A stretch of 64,000 nucleotides of DNA from Dictyostelium discoideum (taxonomy: Eukaryota), in NCBI GenBank assembly GCA_000004695.1, contig CM000150.2:3328001-3392000 (forward strand), in the 5' to 3' direction. The position numbers were made by a program, and so were the translations under genes. The notes under the pieces were generated by a model. It was not told the DNA's origin. It saw nothing but the letters and a program-made list of their open reading frames with translations, and made no database searches. Positions 16,263 through 33,679 of the stretch are shown in pieces (within the stretch, counting starts at the first letter, position 1; each line of letters starts with the position of its first letter).

Positions 16263-17213
16263 TTTCCAAACTAATAAGTTTAGTTTTTAAATTATCATAT
16301 GATCTAGTTGAGCCTCTTTTTAAATTATCATATGATTATCTTGTTTAGCTTTAATAAAGAAAAAAAAAAATTAAAAAAAAAAAAAATTTAAAAAAATTCA
16401 AAAAAAATTCAAAAAAAAAAAAATTAAAAAAAAAATTAAAAAAAAAAAAATTAAAAAATCTTGAAAAAGAATTTTAATAAACAAAAAAAATAAAAAAAAG
16501 TAGGAAAATTGAATATTTGTTGTATAAAATAGGGTATTTTTATAAAAAAAAGAAACCCAATTAATCTTTTTTTTACCATTTTTATTATTTTTAAATAAAT
16601 ATTAATATATTAACCAATATATTTAACTTCTTTCTTTTAATAATATATTTTTCCATTATTATTTTTTTATATTTTTTTTATTAAATTTAATAAGAATTGT
16701 ATTAAATAATAAGTTAAGGTAAATATTTTTAATTTAGGGAAAGACAAAATATAGTTTTTTTAATTTTTTATAATTTTTTTTAATTTTTTTTTTATTAGCA
16801 ACATTGACAAAAAAAAAAACAAAAACAAAAACAAAAAAAAAAGAAAAAAAGAAAAATAAAAAAAAAAGAAAAAAAAAAAAAGAAATTCTTTTTTTAAAAA
16901 TAAAAAAAATAAAAAAAGGACCTTAAAAATTTAAAGATATCAATATATATATATCTCAACCAAAATTACATAATTATTTAATTTTTTTTTTTATTTTTTT
17001 TATTTTTTTATTTTTTTATTTTTTTATTTTTTTTATTTTTCAATCAAGATTTGGGGCACCACAAAAGTTTTATCATATTATTCATATATACGCTTATAGA
17101 CAATAGTAATAATAAATATTTGTAAAATTAATTATGATAATAAAAAAAATAACAAATAAAATAAAAAAATAAAAAATAAAATAAATAAAAAAAAAATAAA
17201 TTAAAAAAATATA

Positions 17214-17263
<50 letters not shown>

Positions 17264-17399
17264 AAAAATTCATAAAAAATAAATACAACTATAATAGTAA
17301 TAATATACTTTGAATAAATAAAACAAGAAACAAATAGATAAAATAGAGATTAATAAAAATAAAACATATAATATATATATTTATATACAATAAAGAAGG

Positions 17400-17499
17400 A
17401 TGAGTAGATTACAACCTCAACAACAACAAAGAGGTCGGTCATCATCATTTAAAGATAATTTTCAAATTCAAAAGCCATTACAATCATTAACGCCATCAG

Positions 17500-17576
<77 letters not shown>

Positions 17577-17963
17577 AATAATGCGAACAATAATAATAAT
17601 AATAATAATAATAAATTTAATAACCAATATATACAACAAATGAAGAATGTTGAAAATGATATAAAAAAATGGATTGGAGAGAAATGTAGTTCATCATTAT
17701 CCGATGACTTTTTAGAGAAAGATTTAATGGAATCATTATGTACAGGTACGATATTATGTGTTTTAATTAATATGATTAAACAAGGTACGATTCAAAAGAT
17801 TCATTTACAACCAAATTATTTACAAAGAGTTGAAAACATTAGAAATTATCTTAGAGCTTGTTGGTTATTTGGATTACATTCGAAATATTTCTTTCCAAGT
17901 TCTTATTTACTTAGTATGACTATTGAAAATAATGATAATTCTAATTCATCAAAAACAACTACA

Positions 17964-18042
<79 letters not shown>

Positions 18043-18324
18043 GAGCTATTATCACAAGTCCAAATAAAAATGGGGGTGTTAATACAATGATTGTAAATTT
18101 AGAATATAAAGAAAAGATCATGATAAATTTAACAGAATTATGTAAAATTTCATTAAAAATTAAAAATTTGTAAGTATTTTAAGTATTTCTTTTCAATTGA
18201 AAAGAAATAAAAGTAAATTTAAAAACAAGAATATTCTTTATTAATGTTACATATAATTGTATTATTTAGTGGTAGTTTTTTACAATTATCATCATCATCT
18301 TCTTCAACGCCACCTCCCCCAATA

Positions 18325-18356
<32 letters not shown>

Positions 18357-18723
18357 TAACAATAATAATAATAATAATGATCTTTTAATAAGCAATAACA
18401 GTAGTAATATATCTTCACCAAACTCATTTTCCGATTCACCAATGGGATTTTCATCATCTATTAATTCTAGCTCAAATAATTCAAATTTAAATACACCAAA
18501 TAATTATAATAATACAAATAACAATAACAATAACAACAACAACAACAATAATAATAATAATAATAATATTAATAATCTAACACCACAAATGATTATTTCT
18601 TCACCAACATCGACATCATCAACTCCACCATTACCACCATGTGCAAATAATATAAATAATAATAATTTAAAGAAAAGGACAAAAATACCCAAAAATAATA
18701 ATAATAATAATAATAACAATAAC

Positions 18724-18787
<64 letters not shown>

Positions 18788-19903
18788 TTATAATAAAAAG
18801 AGATTGTAAAAAAGTTTATAGAAAAAGAAAATCATCAAATTGTGATAATGATGATAATGGTTCAAATTCAGATTCAGATTCATCAGATTCATCAGATTCA
18901 TCAGATTCAGATTCGGATTCATTGTTAAGTAGTGATGGTACACCAATTATTTTGTCACAAAGTAGTAATCCAGAATCTGTATCATTTAAATCATTTATAA
19001 AGGAGATATTACATTTAAAGAATATAATATCAAAACAAGATAAAACTATAACTTCTCAAAAACAAACCATTGAAACATTGGAAAAAGATTTAGAATTTCA
19101 AAAACAATTAACAAAGAAATTGTTGAGTTCACCAATTGATCTCTCTAATTTCATTGAAACCTCCTCTGACCCAAATGGTGCTATACCAGTATCTATACAA
19201 GCATTCACTAGACAAATTCAACAGATTCAAACACTTCAACAACAAAATCTATCACTTGAAACTGAATTATCTAAAACCAATGAACATCTTTCAACTAATA
19301 TAAGGAAAAATTCAAAATTAGAGAATGAAGTATTATCAATTGAAACAGAGTTATTAAATTTACGTATGAAATATGCAAATACTCTTTCATCTTCAAATTC
19401 AAATGGAAATAATAATAGCAATAATAATAGTTTAGGTTGTAATAATAGTATAAATGGTAGTAGTAGTGGCGGTGGTGGTAATAATTCATCTACTTCAAAA
19501 GGTACTTTATCACGTACAATTTCACAACCATTTCCATTAAGAAAATCAATTTCTCATTCAAATATAATAACCTCACCTGTCAATTCACATCAACAACAAC
19601 AACAACAAAATCAATTATCTCAATCACAAACGACTTCACCAAAAAATACTTCTGCAAGTTATAATAATGGTATTTTAAGTAAATCTTCAATTGTTAGTAA
19701 TACTAATACTAATAGTACATATAAATTTGGTTCATCTACTGGTATATTAAAAGTTTCTGCAACTCTTCAACAAAAACAACAACAACAACAGCAACAACAG
19801 AATCAGCAACAACAACAGAATCAGCAACAACAACAACAGAATCAGCAACAACAGAATCAACAACAACAGAATCAACAAAAACAGAATCAACAACAACAGA
19901 ATC

Positions 19904-19940
<37 letters not shown>

Positions 19941-19954
19941 GAATCAACAGCAGC

Positions 19955-19997
<43 letters not shown>

Positions 19998-21919
19998 GAA
20001 TCAACAACAACAACAAAATAATCAATTATCACAATCACAACAATTACAACAACAACAAAATCAACAAATAAACAATTTAATAGATTCACCATTAATAATT
20101 TCAAATTCATCAAATCAACAAATTGAATCAGAATCAATTGAATCAGATTCAGATTATGATAAAGATATGGTAGATTTTGGTAAAAAGATAGTATCAGCGT
20201 TAATATCATCAAGTAATCATGTTGAAATGAGTGAAATTTATAAAATGAATGATATACTGACAAATGAAACATCAAGAAGACAAATTTGTATAGTATTGGA
20301 AGAGGAGACAAAAATCAATCAATTAAAATTACCAATGAATGAAAATTCATTCGAAGTTACACTTTATCTTGTAAATACAATACTACAATGTATACACGAA
20401 GCACCAAGTAAAGATTATTTTAGTTTAAAGTTAATAATGGAAAGTAGTAGAATACTTAATAGAAAAAAAGTTAATGGCTCTTGTGAATTCATTCAAGAGT
20501 TTATAAAAGATCATCCAACTTGGAAAGATATTAAATTTTGGGAAGAACAATATTGGGATGAATTAATTATAAAACATCAACAATTTAGTGGTAGTGGTAG
20601 TAGTAGTAGTAGTAATACAGGTGGTTCAATTGTAACAACAATGACAACAACAACAACTGTAACAAGTGCAATTACCTCTTCATCATCTACTACTAGTGAT
20701 GATTTTGATGTTGATTATACTGAATTGGTTAATACACTTTTGATATCATATGTATATAATTTAGCAAGTTGGGGATTATCAAAGAGTGATGTTAAAGAAT
20801 TTACAATTTCAATGTCAAAGAAATCATTCTTAAAATCGAATGAATTGGAGAAACTTATAGAGCAAGTAACTTCAACGGTTGAATTATCATTTACCTCGGA
20901 TCATAATGTTTGTAAAGGACCACATTCATTCGTTTTGAAAAGTTTTAGAATCATATCGGAATGTAATTATTGTAGACAATATATTTGGGGTGTTAGAGGT
21001 ATCGTTGCACGTGAAGCATTTGAATGTGTTGGATGTAAATATAAAACTCATAAGAAATGTTTGAAAGAGGCATCTGAAAAAACATTTTGTTCATCACCAA
21101 ATGTTGGTGCACCATTCAATGTTAAACATGAAATGCATGTTGGTCTTGCAATTCAAGGTTTACCCTCTGGTTGGCGTACTCTCTTACTTCAATCTGGTTT
21201 TCAAGATTATGAAATTCAACAACATCAAGAAGATGTATTAGATGTTTTAGAATTTCATCATGTTTATAATGAAAAACAACAAAATTCAATTAAATTATTA
21301 ACAAATAATAGTAATAATAATAATAATAATAATAATAGTAATAATAATTTACAACAACAACAACAACAAAACCAACAATTAAAACAAAAATTAAATATAA
21401 CTAATAATCAACAAAATAATACAATAATAAATATTAATATAACTTCACCTTCAATTAGTGTTAATAATAATACATATAATAATAATAATAATAATAACAA
21501 TAATAATGAAATAAATCCATCATCACCAAATAATAATAATAATTATTATGATTCATTATTAGAAATTGAAGAACCATCATTTACATTAAAAGATTTAGTT
21601 TCATTAGAAAATCCTATTGATTTATATAAAGTAAGGGAGGTTGTTGGTGGTGGATCAACAGGAAAAGTTTATGTTGGTGAAAATTCAATAACTGGCGAAA
21701 AGGTAGCAATTAAAAAGATGAAAGTAGATAATAATAATATTAAAAATATAATTAATGAAATTAGTACAATGAAAAATTCAAAACATAAAAATGTAATTAA
21801 ATATGTTAGTTCACATTTAGTTATAAATCATATTTGGTTAATTATGGAATATATGTCTTATGGTTCATTAACTGATTTAATTAGTAACTGTATAAATATT
21901 CAATGTAATGGTAATAATC

Positions 21920-21951
<32 letters not shown>

Positions 21952-22536
21952 ACTTATTTTATTGAATCACATATTGCATATATTTGTCAACAAGTTTTAC
22001 AAGGTATGGACTATATTCATAAAGGTCATAGAACTCATAGGGATATAAAGAGTGATAATATTTTATTGGGTAAAGATGGAAGTGTAAAAATTGCAGATTT
22101 TGGTTTCGTTGCAAATTTAACTAGAAAGAAACTTCAAAGAAATAGTGTTGTTGGTACACCCTATTTTATGGCACCAGAATTAATCAGAGGTAATCAATAT
22201 AATCATAAGGTTGATATTTGGAGTTTAGGTATTTTAGCAAGAGAATTATCAGAAGGTGAACCACCCTATGCAAAATATCCACCAGTTAGAGCATTATTTT
22301 TATTAACTTTAGAAGGTGTACCAGATTTTAAAGAACCAAATAAATGGTCATCTGATTTCATCGAATTTGTTAATCTATGTTTAAATTTAGATGATAAAAG
22401 AAGACCTGATGCTCATTACCTTTTAAGACATCCTTTCTTAAAAAAAGCTTGTTCTTCAAGAGAATTTGCTGATAAAGTTGAAGAAATTTATAATACTCGT
22501 AAAAATCAATTCTCTGATATTAATTTTAATTTTTAA
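17400..22536 (+). CDS. PAK-family (STE20) serine/threonine kinase with N-terminal calponin-homology domain, C1 domain and CRIB motif
   Basis: Two exons: join(17400..18169, 18270..22536). Donor GTAAGT at 18170, acceptor tatttAG at 18268-69, phase 2, frame preserved (..KIKNF|GSFLQ..). CH domain IKKWIGEKCSS..LCTGTILCVLINMI. C1 (DAG/phorbol) finger HSFVLKSFRIISECNYCRQYIWGV..CVGCKYKTHKKC. CRIB motif FNVKHEMHVGLAIQGLPSGWRTLLLQS. Kinase motifs GGGSTGKVYVG, VAIKKM, HRDIKSDNILL, DFG, GTPYFMAPE. The architecture recalls a D. discoideum Pak paralogue (possibly PakD, not verified). Confidence 0.8.
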
Positions 22537-22620
22537 AATTAATAAATAAAAAAAAATAAAAAACCAAAAAAAAAAACAAAACAAAACAAATAATAATAAA
22601 AGTAATAAATAAAATTATTG

Positions 22621-22674
<54 letters not shown>

Positions 22675-22708
22675 CATTTTAATTTTAATTTATTTATTTA
22701 TTTATTTA

Positions 22709-23586
22709 TTATATGAAAAAACCTAAAATAAAAGCAATTGGTACAATAATATAAATTGGTATGAATGGAATTGCAATATGACCAATTTTACCAATTAAAT
22801 AAAGGTATAGTAATATTAAGAAAGCACAAACCAAACCAGTTACAGTCATGTCGAAACCAGGTTCATTTAATTTTGTAAGTAAAACCAAAATATTTGTACC
22901 AATGAAAATAAAGAAAGGAATGAATTTAATTGACCATGATAATAAATAAGTTGTTTGAGAAATTAATTCTAAAATCGTATAAATTGTAAAGTAAACTATA
23001 AAACTTGGATAAAAGATTCTAAAATTCTTTTTAAAACCTTTGGTTCTATAATTCTTTTGTTTTCCATTATCATTTCTTGAGTCGTTTCTTAATAACATTG
23101 CTAATCCTAAGAATACCCATAATGGTATTAAAACATAAAATAAATTTACATCTGTATCTGATGGTGAATTTAATTTAACCGATACTAAAACTACAAATAT
23201 ACCTAATGAACATGTTGATAATATTGACCAAATAAAATATCCAATATCTGATGATTTCAATGCTGATGATCCTGCAAAGAATATTAATAAAATAAATGTT
23301 ACATATAATGGTGAAAATATTCTTATCCTATTATTTTTTTTAAAAATTTTGATTGATTATTTTAAAAATGTTTAGAAAATAAAAAAAATAAAAAATTTAA
23401 TAATTAATAATTTAAATTAAAAAAAAAAAAGAATGAATTTTAGATAAAAAAATATAATATTAACACTTACCAACTCCAAGAAGTTAGTTTACCTGATATT
23501 CTCATTAAAAAAAAAATTAACCATATAACAAATGATATATTTAAAAATATCCATGATGAATATTTTATTACTTTTCTTGATGACAT
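22709..23586 (-). CDS. Hypothetical multi-pass membrane protein (about 215 aa, 2 exons)
   Basis: join(23493..23586, 22709..23271). Exon 1 reads MSSRKVIKYSSWIFLNISFVIWLIFFLMRIS-G with a GTAAAC donor. The acceptor is ttctttgcAG at 23272-73. Exon 2 carries four or five hydrophobic helices. The ORF track shows only exon 2, with a TTG pseudo-start. Confidence 0.5.
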
Positions 23587-24106
23587 TTATTTATTATTTT
23601 AAAACTTATTATTTTGTTATTATTATTTGATTTATTATTTTATTATTATTATTATTTATATTACAATTATAATTTTTTTTTTTTTTTTTTTTTTTTTTTT
23701 GTTTTAAAACTTTTAATAAAAAAAATAAAATAAAAATTAAAATAAAAAAAAAAAAAAAAATGGTTTATTTTCAGATTTCAAAAAAAATCAAAAAAAAATT
23801 TTCAAAAAAAAAAAAAATTAAAATTCCCAAAATAAATTCTTTGAAAAAATTTTTTTTTTTTTTTTTTTTATTAATTTATATTTAAGTCGCGCAATAGTTA
23901 AAAGAGAACTTAGGTGTTAATTTGGTTTGGTAAAAAATAATTTTTATATTTATTATTTAAATATATTTTTTTTTTTTTTTTTTCAATAATTTTTTTTATT
24001 TCTTTCTTTTCAATTTTTTACTTTTTTATTTTCATTCATTTTTTTAAAAAAAAAAAAAAAAATTTATTTATTTATTTATTTATTTTACTTATAGATAAAA
24101 AGAAAA

Positions 24107-26728
24107 ATGACATCAAATTATCAATATCCCAATCCAAAAAGTTATACAAATAATAATAAAAATTTCGATCAACATTATGTATGGGGATGGAATGAAGGAC
24201 GACAATTAGGAATTGGTCATTACCAAAATGGTATGGAAATTGTTAAAGAACCCTATAGTTTAGGTGGTTCACATAATTTTGATACGAAATCAATATCAAT
24301 AGGTATGGCTCATTCACTAGCTATCGATAGTAGAGGTCAACTTTATTCATGTGGTAAAACTGCATATGGTAGATTAGGTTTGGGTGATTATTTATCACAA
24401 AATCAACAAAATATAAAAGAATTTACACAAATTAAATTAAATAAAGATGATAATGATGATCATGATAACAGTTATAGTTATAGTTATACTAGTAGTAGAA
24501 TTAATAATAAAATAAATAATAAAATAAATAATTCAATTAATAACTATATTAAAGTTAATAAAATTTCATGTGGTAGTGCACATAGTGCATTTATAACAGA
24601 GAATTTTCAATTATTTACATTTGGTAAAAATGATCAAGGTCAGTTGGGTCAAGGTTTAATAAATGAATTACATTCACCAAAGAGAGTTATTTATATTCAA
24701 TATAGTTTCAATCCAAATGAAATTGATCAAAGTAAAGCAATCACTGAAAAATCTACAAACTATCATGATAATGTCGATTTGGTGGCATGCGGTTTAAATC
24801 ATACTGTATTCAGTTTAAAAGATGGTTGTGTTTATTCAATGGGTAGTAATAAATTTTCACAATTAGGTTATCAGAGTACTATAAATGATAAAGTTTCACC
24901 AATTGTACAACCTGATGGAATTGTACAACCATCACCACCACTACCACTATTAGAACATAGACCAAGATTAATTGAATCTTTAAATTTACCACCACAACAT
25001 TTAGAACAACGTTTTACAAATATAAAATCAATATCATGTGGTTCAAATTTTACTGTTTGTATTAAACAAGGTAATCTTTATACTTGGGGTACAAATAATT
25101 TGGGTCAATGTGGTTTTAATCCAAAAGAAAATGATGATATTATTACAACAACTTCATCGTCATCATCATCAACCACTACCAATAATAATAATAATATAAT
25201 AATTAATAAACCAAAATTATTAATAATTTATGGTGATAAATCAACATTATCAACAGATTCAAATAATGGTAATGGTAAAAGAGTATTTAATTTTACTCAA
25301 GTTTCATGTGGTGTTGATCATTGTTTAGCATTAACTAATAATGGTCAAGTATTTGGATGGGGTGATAATAAGTATGGTCAAATTGGTCAATTAACATTTT
25401 CATCCGTTATAAAGATTGATACAACCACACCAATTAGAATTGGTGAATCATTAACCAATGAATTTATTACACAAATTTCAAGTGGTGCTTATCATTCAAT
25501 GGCATTAACTAAATCAAGTATAATCTATGCATGGGGTTTAAATGATAAGTGTCAAATTGGTGAAATTGGTAAAAATCAACAAGAAATCATTCAAACTCCC
25601 TGTCGTGTTAGATTTACAAATGCCAAAGAAAATTGTGCACCCATTTTACAAATATCTGCAGGTGGTAGATCATCAATGGCTATTAAATATTCACCCTCAA
25701 AAGTTGATATTAGACCATCGACCTATTTCGATGACATTTTAAGAATATTAGAAAATAAAAGTTTTCAAGACTTTAATTTAAACATTACAGATAATGAAGG
25801 TAAAATTAAAGAAATGTTTAAATTAAATAAACTATTTTGGAATAGATCATTGGTTTTACAATCATTGAAATCAAAAGAATTAACATCAACATCCTCAACC
25901 AATGTTGCAATTGAAAAATCAGAATTTATCAAAACTTTTAATGATTACTCAATAAAAGAAATCATTCAAGATCTATATATTGATGCACCAAGTAATCAAA
26001 GTTTTATTACAACTTCAATTTCTGAATATTTATTCTCAATGATTAATCAATCATCATTTTCTGATGTTAAAATTAAAGTAATTTGTAGAAATGATCAAGA
26101 TGATAAAGAAGTGACAAAAATTTTTAATGCACATAAATGTTTATTAGTAAATAGATCAGAGAAATTCAAAACATTATTAGAATCAAACTATTTTAAAGAA
26201 TCTATAGATGGTGTAATTACAATCGATGATTCGCCATCATTTCAAGTTTATGAAACATTTTTAACCTATTTATATACTGATGTATTAAATTTAAATAATG
26301 AAAATGTCATTGATTTATTTTTATTATCACACAGAGAATCTCAAAATAGAATGAAAGATTTAATTGAAGAATATTTATTCAATTCATTAGATATTGATAA
26401 TGTTTCAAACATTTTCGAATTGGCTTTACAATTAAATGATAATGCTATTTCAATCGATTCAAAAGGTATAAATAACTTTCTCATTGGTCAATGTATTTTC
26501 TTTATTGCTAAAAATTTAGAACAAGTTTCAAAAACTGAATCATTCATTAATTTATCTGATAATTCAAAAATAATTTTATCATCAAATTCAATTAATTTAA
26601 ATAATTCAAAATCAAATAAATCTTTAAATAATAATAATAATAATAATAATAATACCAACACTAATGATGATAATAATGATAATGATTTAAATAATGGTAA
26701 TAATGGTAAAAAATGTATTATATGTTAA
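24107..26728 (+). CDS. RCC1-repeat and BTB/POZ domain protein (873 aa)
   Basis: Multiple RCC1 blades (YVWGWNEGRQLGIGH, CGKTAYGRLGLGD, FGKNDQGQLGQG, WGTNNLGQCGF, WGDNKYGQIGQ, WGLNDKCQIGE). C-terminal BTB domain FSDVKIKVICRNDQDDKEVTKIFNAHKCLLVNRSEKFKTLLESNYF..VYETFLTYLYTD. Single ORF. Confidence 0.8.
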   Translation: MTSNYQYPNPKSYTNNNKNFDQHYVWGWNEGRQLGIGHYQNGMEIVKEPYSLGGSHNFDTKSISIGMAHSLAIDSRGQLYSCGKTAYGRLGLGDYLSQNQQNIKEFTQIKLNKDDNDDHDNSYSYSYTSSRINNKINNKINNSINNYIKVNKISCGSAHSAFITENFQLFTFGKNDQGQLGQGLINELHSPKRVIYIQYSFNPNEIDQSKAITEKSTNYHDNVDLVACGLNHTVFSLKDGCVYSMGSNKFSQLGYQSTINDKVSPIVQPDGIVQPSPPLPLLEHRPRLIESLNLPPQHLEQRFTNIKSISCGSNFTVCIKQGNLYTWGTNNLGQCGFNPKENDDIITTTSSSSSSTTTNNNNNIIINKPKLLIIYGDKSTLSTDSNNGNGKRVFNFTQVSCGVDHCLALTNNGQVFGWGDNKYGQIGQLTFSSVIKIDTTTPIRIGESLTNEFITQISSGAYHSMALTKSSIIYAWGLNDKCQIGEIGKNQQEIIQTPCRVRFTNAKENCAPILQISAGGRSSMAIKYSPSKVDIRPSTYFDDILRILENKSFQDFNLNITDNEGKIKEMFKLNKLFWNRSLVLQSLKSKELTSTSSTNVAIEKSEFIKTFNDYSIKEIIQDLYIDAPSNQSFITTSISEYLFSMINQSSFSDVKIKVICRNDQDDKEVTKIFNAHKCLLVNRSEKFKTLLESNYFKESIDGVITIDDSPSFQVYETFLTYLYTDVLNLNNENVIDLFLLSHRESQNRMKDLIEEYLFNSLDIDNVSNIFELALQLNDNAISIDSKGINNFLIGQCIFFIAKNLEQVSKTESFINLSDNSKIILSSNSINLNNSKSNKSLNNNNNNNNNTNTNDDNNDNDLNNGNNGKKCIIC

Positions 26729-26770
26729 ATAAACTAATTTTATTTTTAAATTTTTAATTTTTCCTTAATA

Positions 26771-30939
<4,169 letters not shown>

Positions 30940-31759
30940 CTCTAAATAATTTTTTATCTAGCGCCAATAAAAAAAAAAAAAATTAAAGATTGAAGGGCTC
31001 ATGAAAAAATTTTGAAAAAAATTAAAAAATAATTGTTTTTAAAAAATTTGAATTTACAAGAATTCTATTTAGGAGAAAAAAAAAACAGTTAAAAAATTTT
31101 ATTTTTTTTATTTATTTATTTATTTATGTATTTACTTATTTTATTTATTTATTTATTTATTTATTTATTTGTTTATTTATTTTTTCAATGTGGTGAAAAA
31201 CATGGAAAAAAAAATATAAGAAATTATAAAAAAAATAATAAAGTGAAAAAAAAAATAAAATAAAAAAAAAAAATAAAAAACAATGAAAAAATAAAAAAAA
31301 AAAAGATATTTTTTGATAGTAAAAAAAAATAAAAAAAAAAAAAAAAGGAATAATTTTAAATTTCGAATAAAAATACCAAACTTAATTTTTTTTTTTTTTT
31401 TTTTTTTTTATATTTTTGGATCCAATTATTTCCAATTTTTTTTTTTTTTTTACAAAAATCACAAATTTAGTAAATCAGTCTTAATTTTCGAAATTAAATA
31501 AAATAGTAATAGCAACAATCATAATGGTAAGAGAATAATAATAATAATAATAATAATAAATCACAACAACAAAATAATAATTCAAATAGTGCACCAAATA
31601 CCCAACTTTACCAAGTTTATTTTTTTTTTGTTTTTGTTTATTTTTTTTTTTTTTAAAGTTAAATAAATTGAATATAAACAAAAAAATAAAAAAAAAAAAA
31701 TAAAAAAAAAGCAAACCAAATTTGATTTGATCAACCAATTTTTGATGACCAAAAAAAAA

Positions 31760-31798
<39 letters not shown>

Positions 31799-31877
31799 AA
31801 TAAAAAAAAAAAATAAAAAAAAAAATAAAAAAAAAACTTTTTTTTTTATTTTTTTTTTTTTTTTGGGTTTTTTTCTT

Positions 31878-31925
<48 letters not shown>

Positions 31926-32339
31926 TTTTTTGCCACACTTTTTTCACATTGTAATTCTAAAATTTGTGTGCGTTTTAAAAACCAAATAAAAAATATCTCA
32001 ATCATTTATTTATTAATATTATAGCATATACATATACATATAAAAATATAAACAAAATAATAAAATATTTAATAATATATAATTTTTTAAATTTATAATA
32101 TAGTCACTCACTCACTCTCACTCAAACCACCAACCACTAAATCATCAATAAATTTAGTTGATCTGTAGCATAGTTAACAAAACACACAAAAAAAAAAAAA
32201 AAAAAAATTTTTAAATAAATAAAAAAAAAAAAAAAATTTTTTTAAATAAAAACAAACAAACAAATAAATAAATAAATAATAATAAAAAAAAAAACAAAAG
32301 AAGAAACAACTATAAAGAAAAATAAAATAATATAGAAAA

Positions 32340-32549
32340 ATGGTAAAAGATATTAAAGTAATGGTTGTAGGTGATATGAGTGTAGGTAAGACATGTTTAC
32401 TCATTTCCTACACTACAAATTCATTCCCCGGAGAATATGTTCCAACTGTTTTTGGTATGTTTATTATTTATTATTATTTATTATTTATTATTCATTATAA
32501 TTAATGATTACTTGACACTAATATCCAATAAATCTTAAACAAATAATAA

Positions 32550-32616
<67 letters not shown>

Positions 32617-33265
32617 AATAACAACTACATATATAGATAATTATAATGCAAATGCAATAGTTAATAATACACCAATAAATTTAGGACTTTGGGATACTGC
32701 TGGTAGTGAGGAGTACAATTCATTCCGTCCACTTAGTTATCCAGGTACAGATGTATTTATTATTTGTTTTTCTTTAATTTCACAAACAAGTTTTGAAAAT
32801 GTCATTAAAAAGGTATGAATCACTTTAAACGTTTATCATATGATATAACTATAAATATGGTTGTTTATTTTTTATTATTGTATTATTATTATAATTACTA
32901 ACTTCATCCCTCCATCACCTATATATATTTATTATTATTTCAAAATATTTTAGTGGCACCCAGAAATTATTCAAAATATGGAACAAGTCCCACCAATTAT
33001 TTTAGTTGGAACTAAATTAGATCTTCGTGGTAAAGGTAAAAGTGAAGAAAAAGAAGTTACACCAGAAATGGGTGAACAAATGAGAGCAGCAATTGGTGCT
33101 TATAAATATTCTGAATGTTCTGCACTCACTCAAGATGGTTTAACAACTGTATTCGAAGAAGCAGGTAGAGTTGTACTCTTCCCTCCTTCAAAAGAGGAAT
33201 TGGCTAAATCAAAAAAAGACTCTAAAAAAGGTGATAAAGACTCAAAGGATTGTATAATACAATAA
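32340..33265 (+). CDS. Rho/Rac-family small GTPase with substitutions at the G12/A13 and Q61 positions and a CAAX box (CIIQ)
   Basis: Three exons: join(32340..32454, 32637..32812, 32954..33265). Donors GTATGT and GTATGA, acceptors atatAG and tttAG. The product is [39 protein letters not shown]|[58 protein letters not shown]|[33 protein letters not shown]. This aligns with Rac1 across its whole length. Confidence 0.85.
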
Positions 33266-33679
33266 AATCTTTTTTTTTTTTTTTTAATTGTGTCAAATAT
33301 TAAAAAAAAAAAAAAAAAAAAAAATAAATAAAAAAAAAAAATAAATAAAAAAAAAAAAAAAAATAAACATTTATAATAAATAATAGAAATGAAATAATAA
33401 TTAATAAAAGTAATAATAATAATAATTAATAATAATAAAAAAAAAAAAAAAAAAAAAAATAGAAATAGAAAAAAAAAAAAAAAAAAAAAAGAAATACCAT
33501 ATACAAGAGGTTATAAACAATATCTGTTAAATCAAAATTAATAGATTTTTTTTTTAAAAAAAAAGAATTCTGTAGAAAATAAACATAAACATTAAAAAAA
33601 AAAAAAAAAAAAAAAAAAGAGAATTGATCTTGAACTTATTTATTAATTCATTTATTTATTTAATTTATTTATTCTATTT

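Noticed and set aside
19736-20311. Minus-strand ORFs (191 aa polyV, 92 aa polyL) opposite the PAK gene
   Set aside because: They are the antisense of the (CAA)n polyQ-coding tract, which reads as (TTG)n / (GTT)n.
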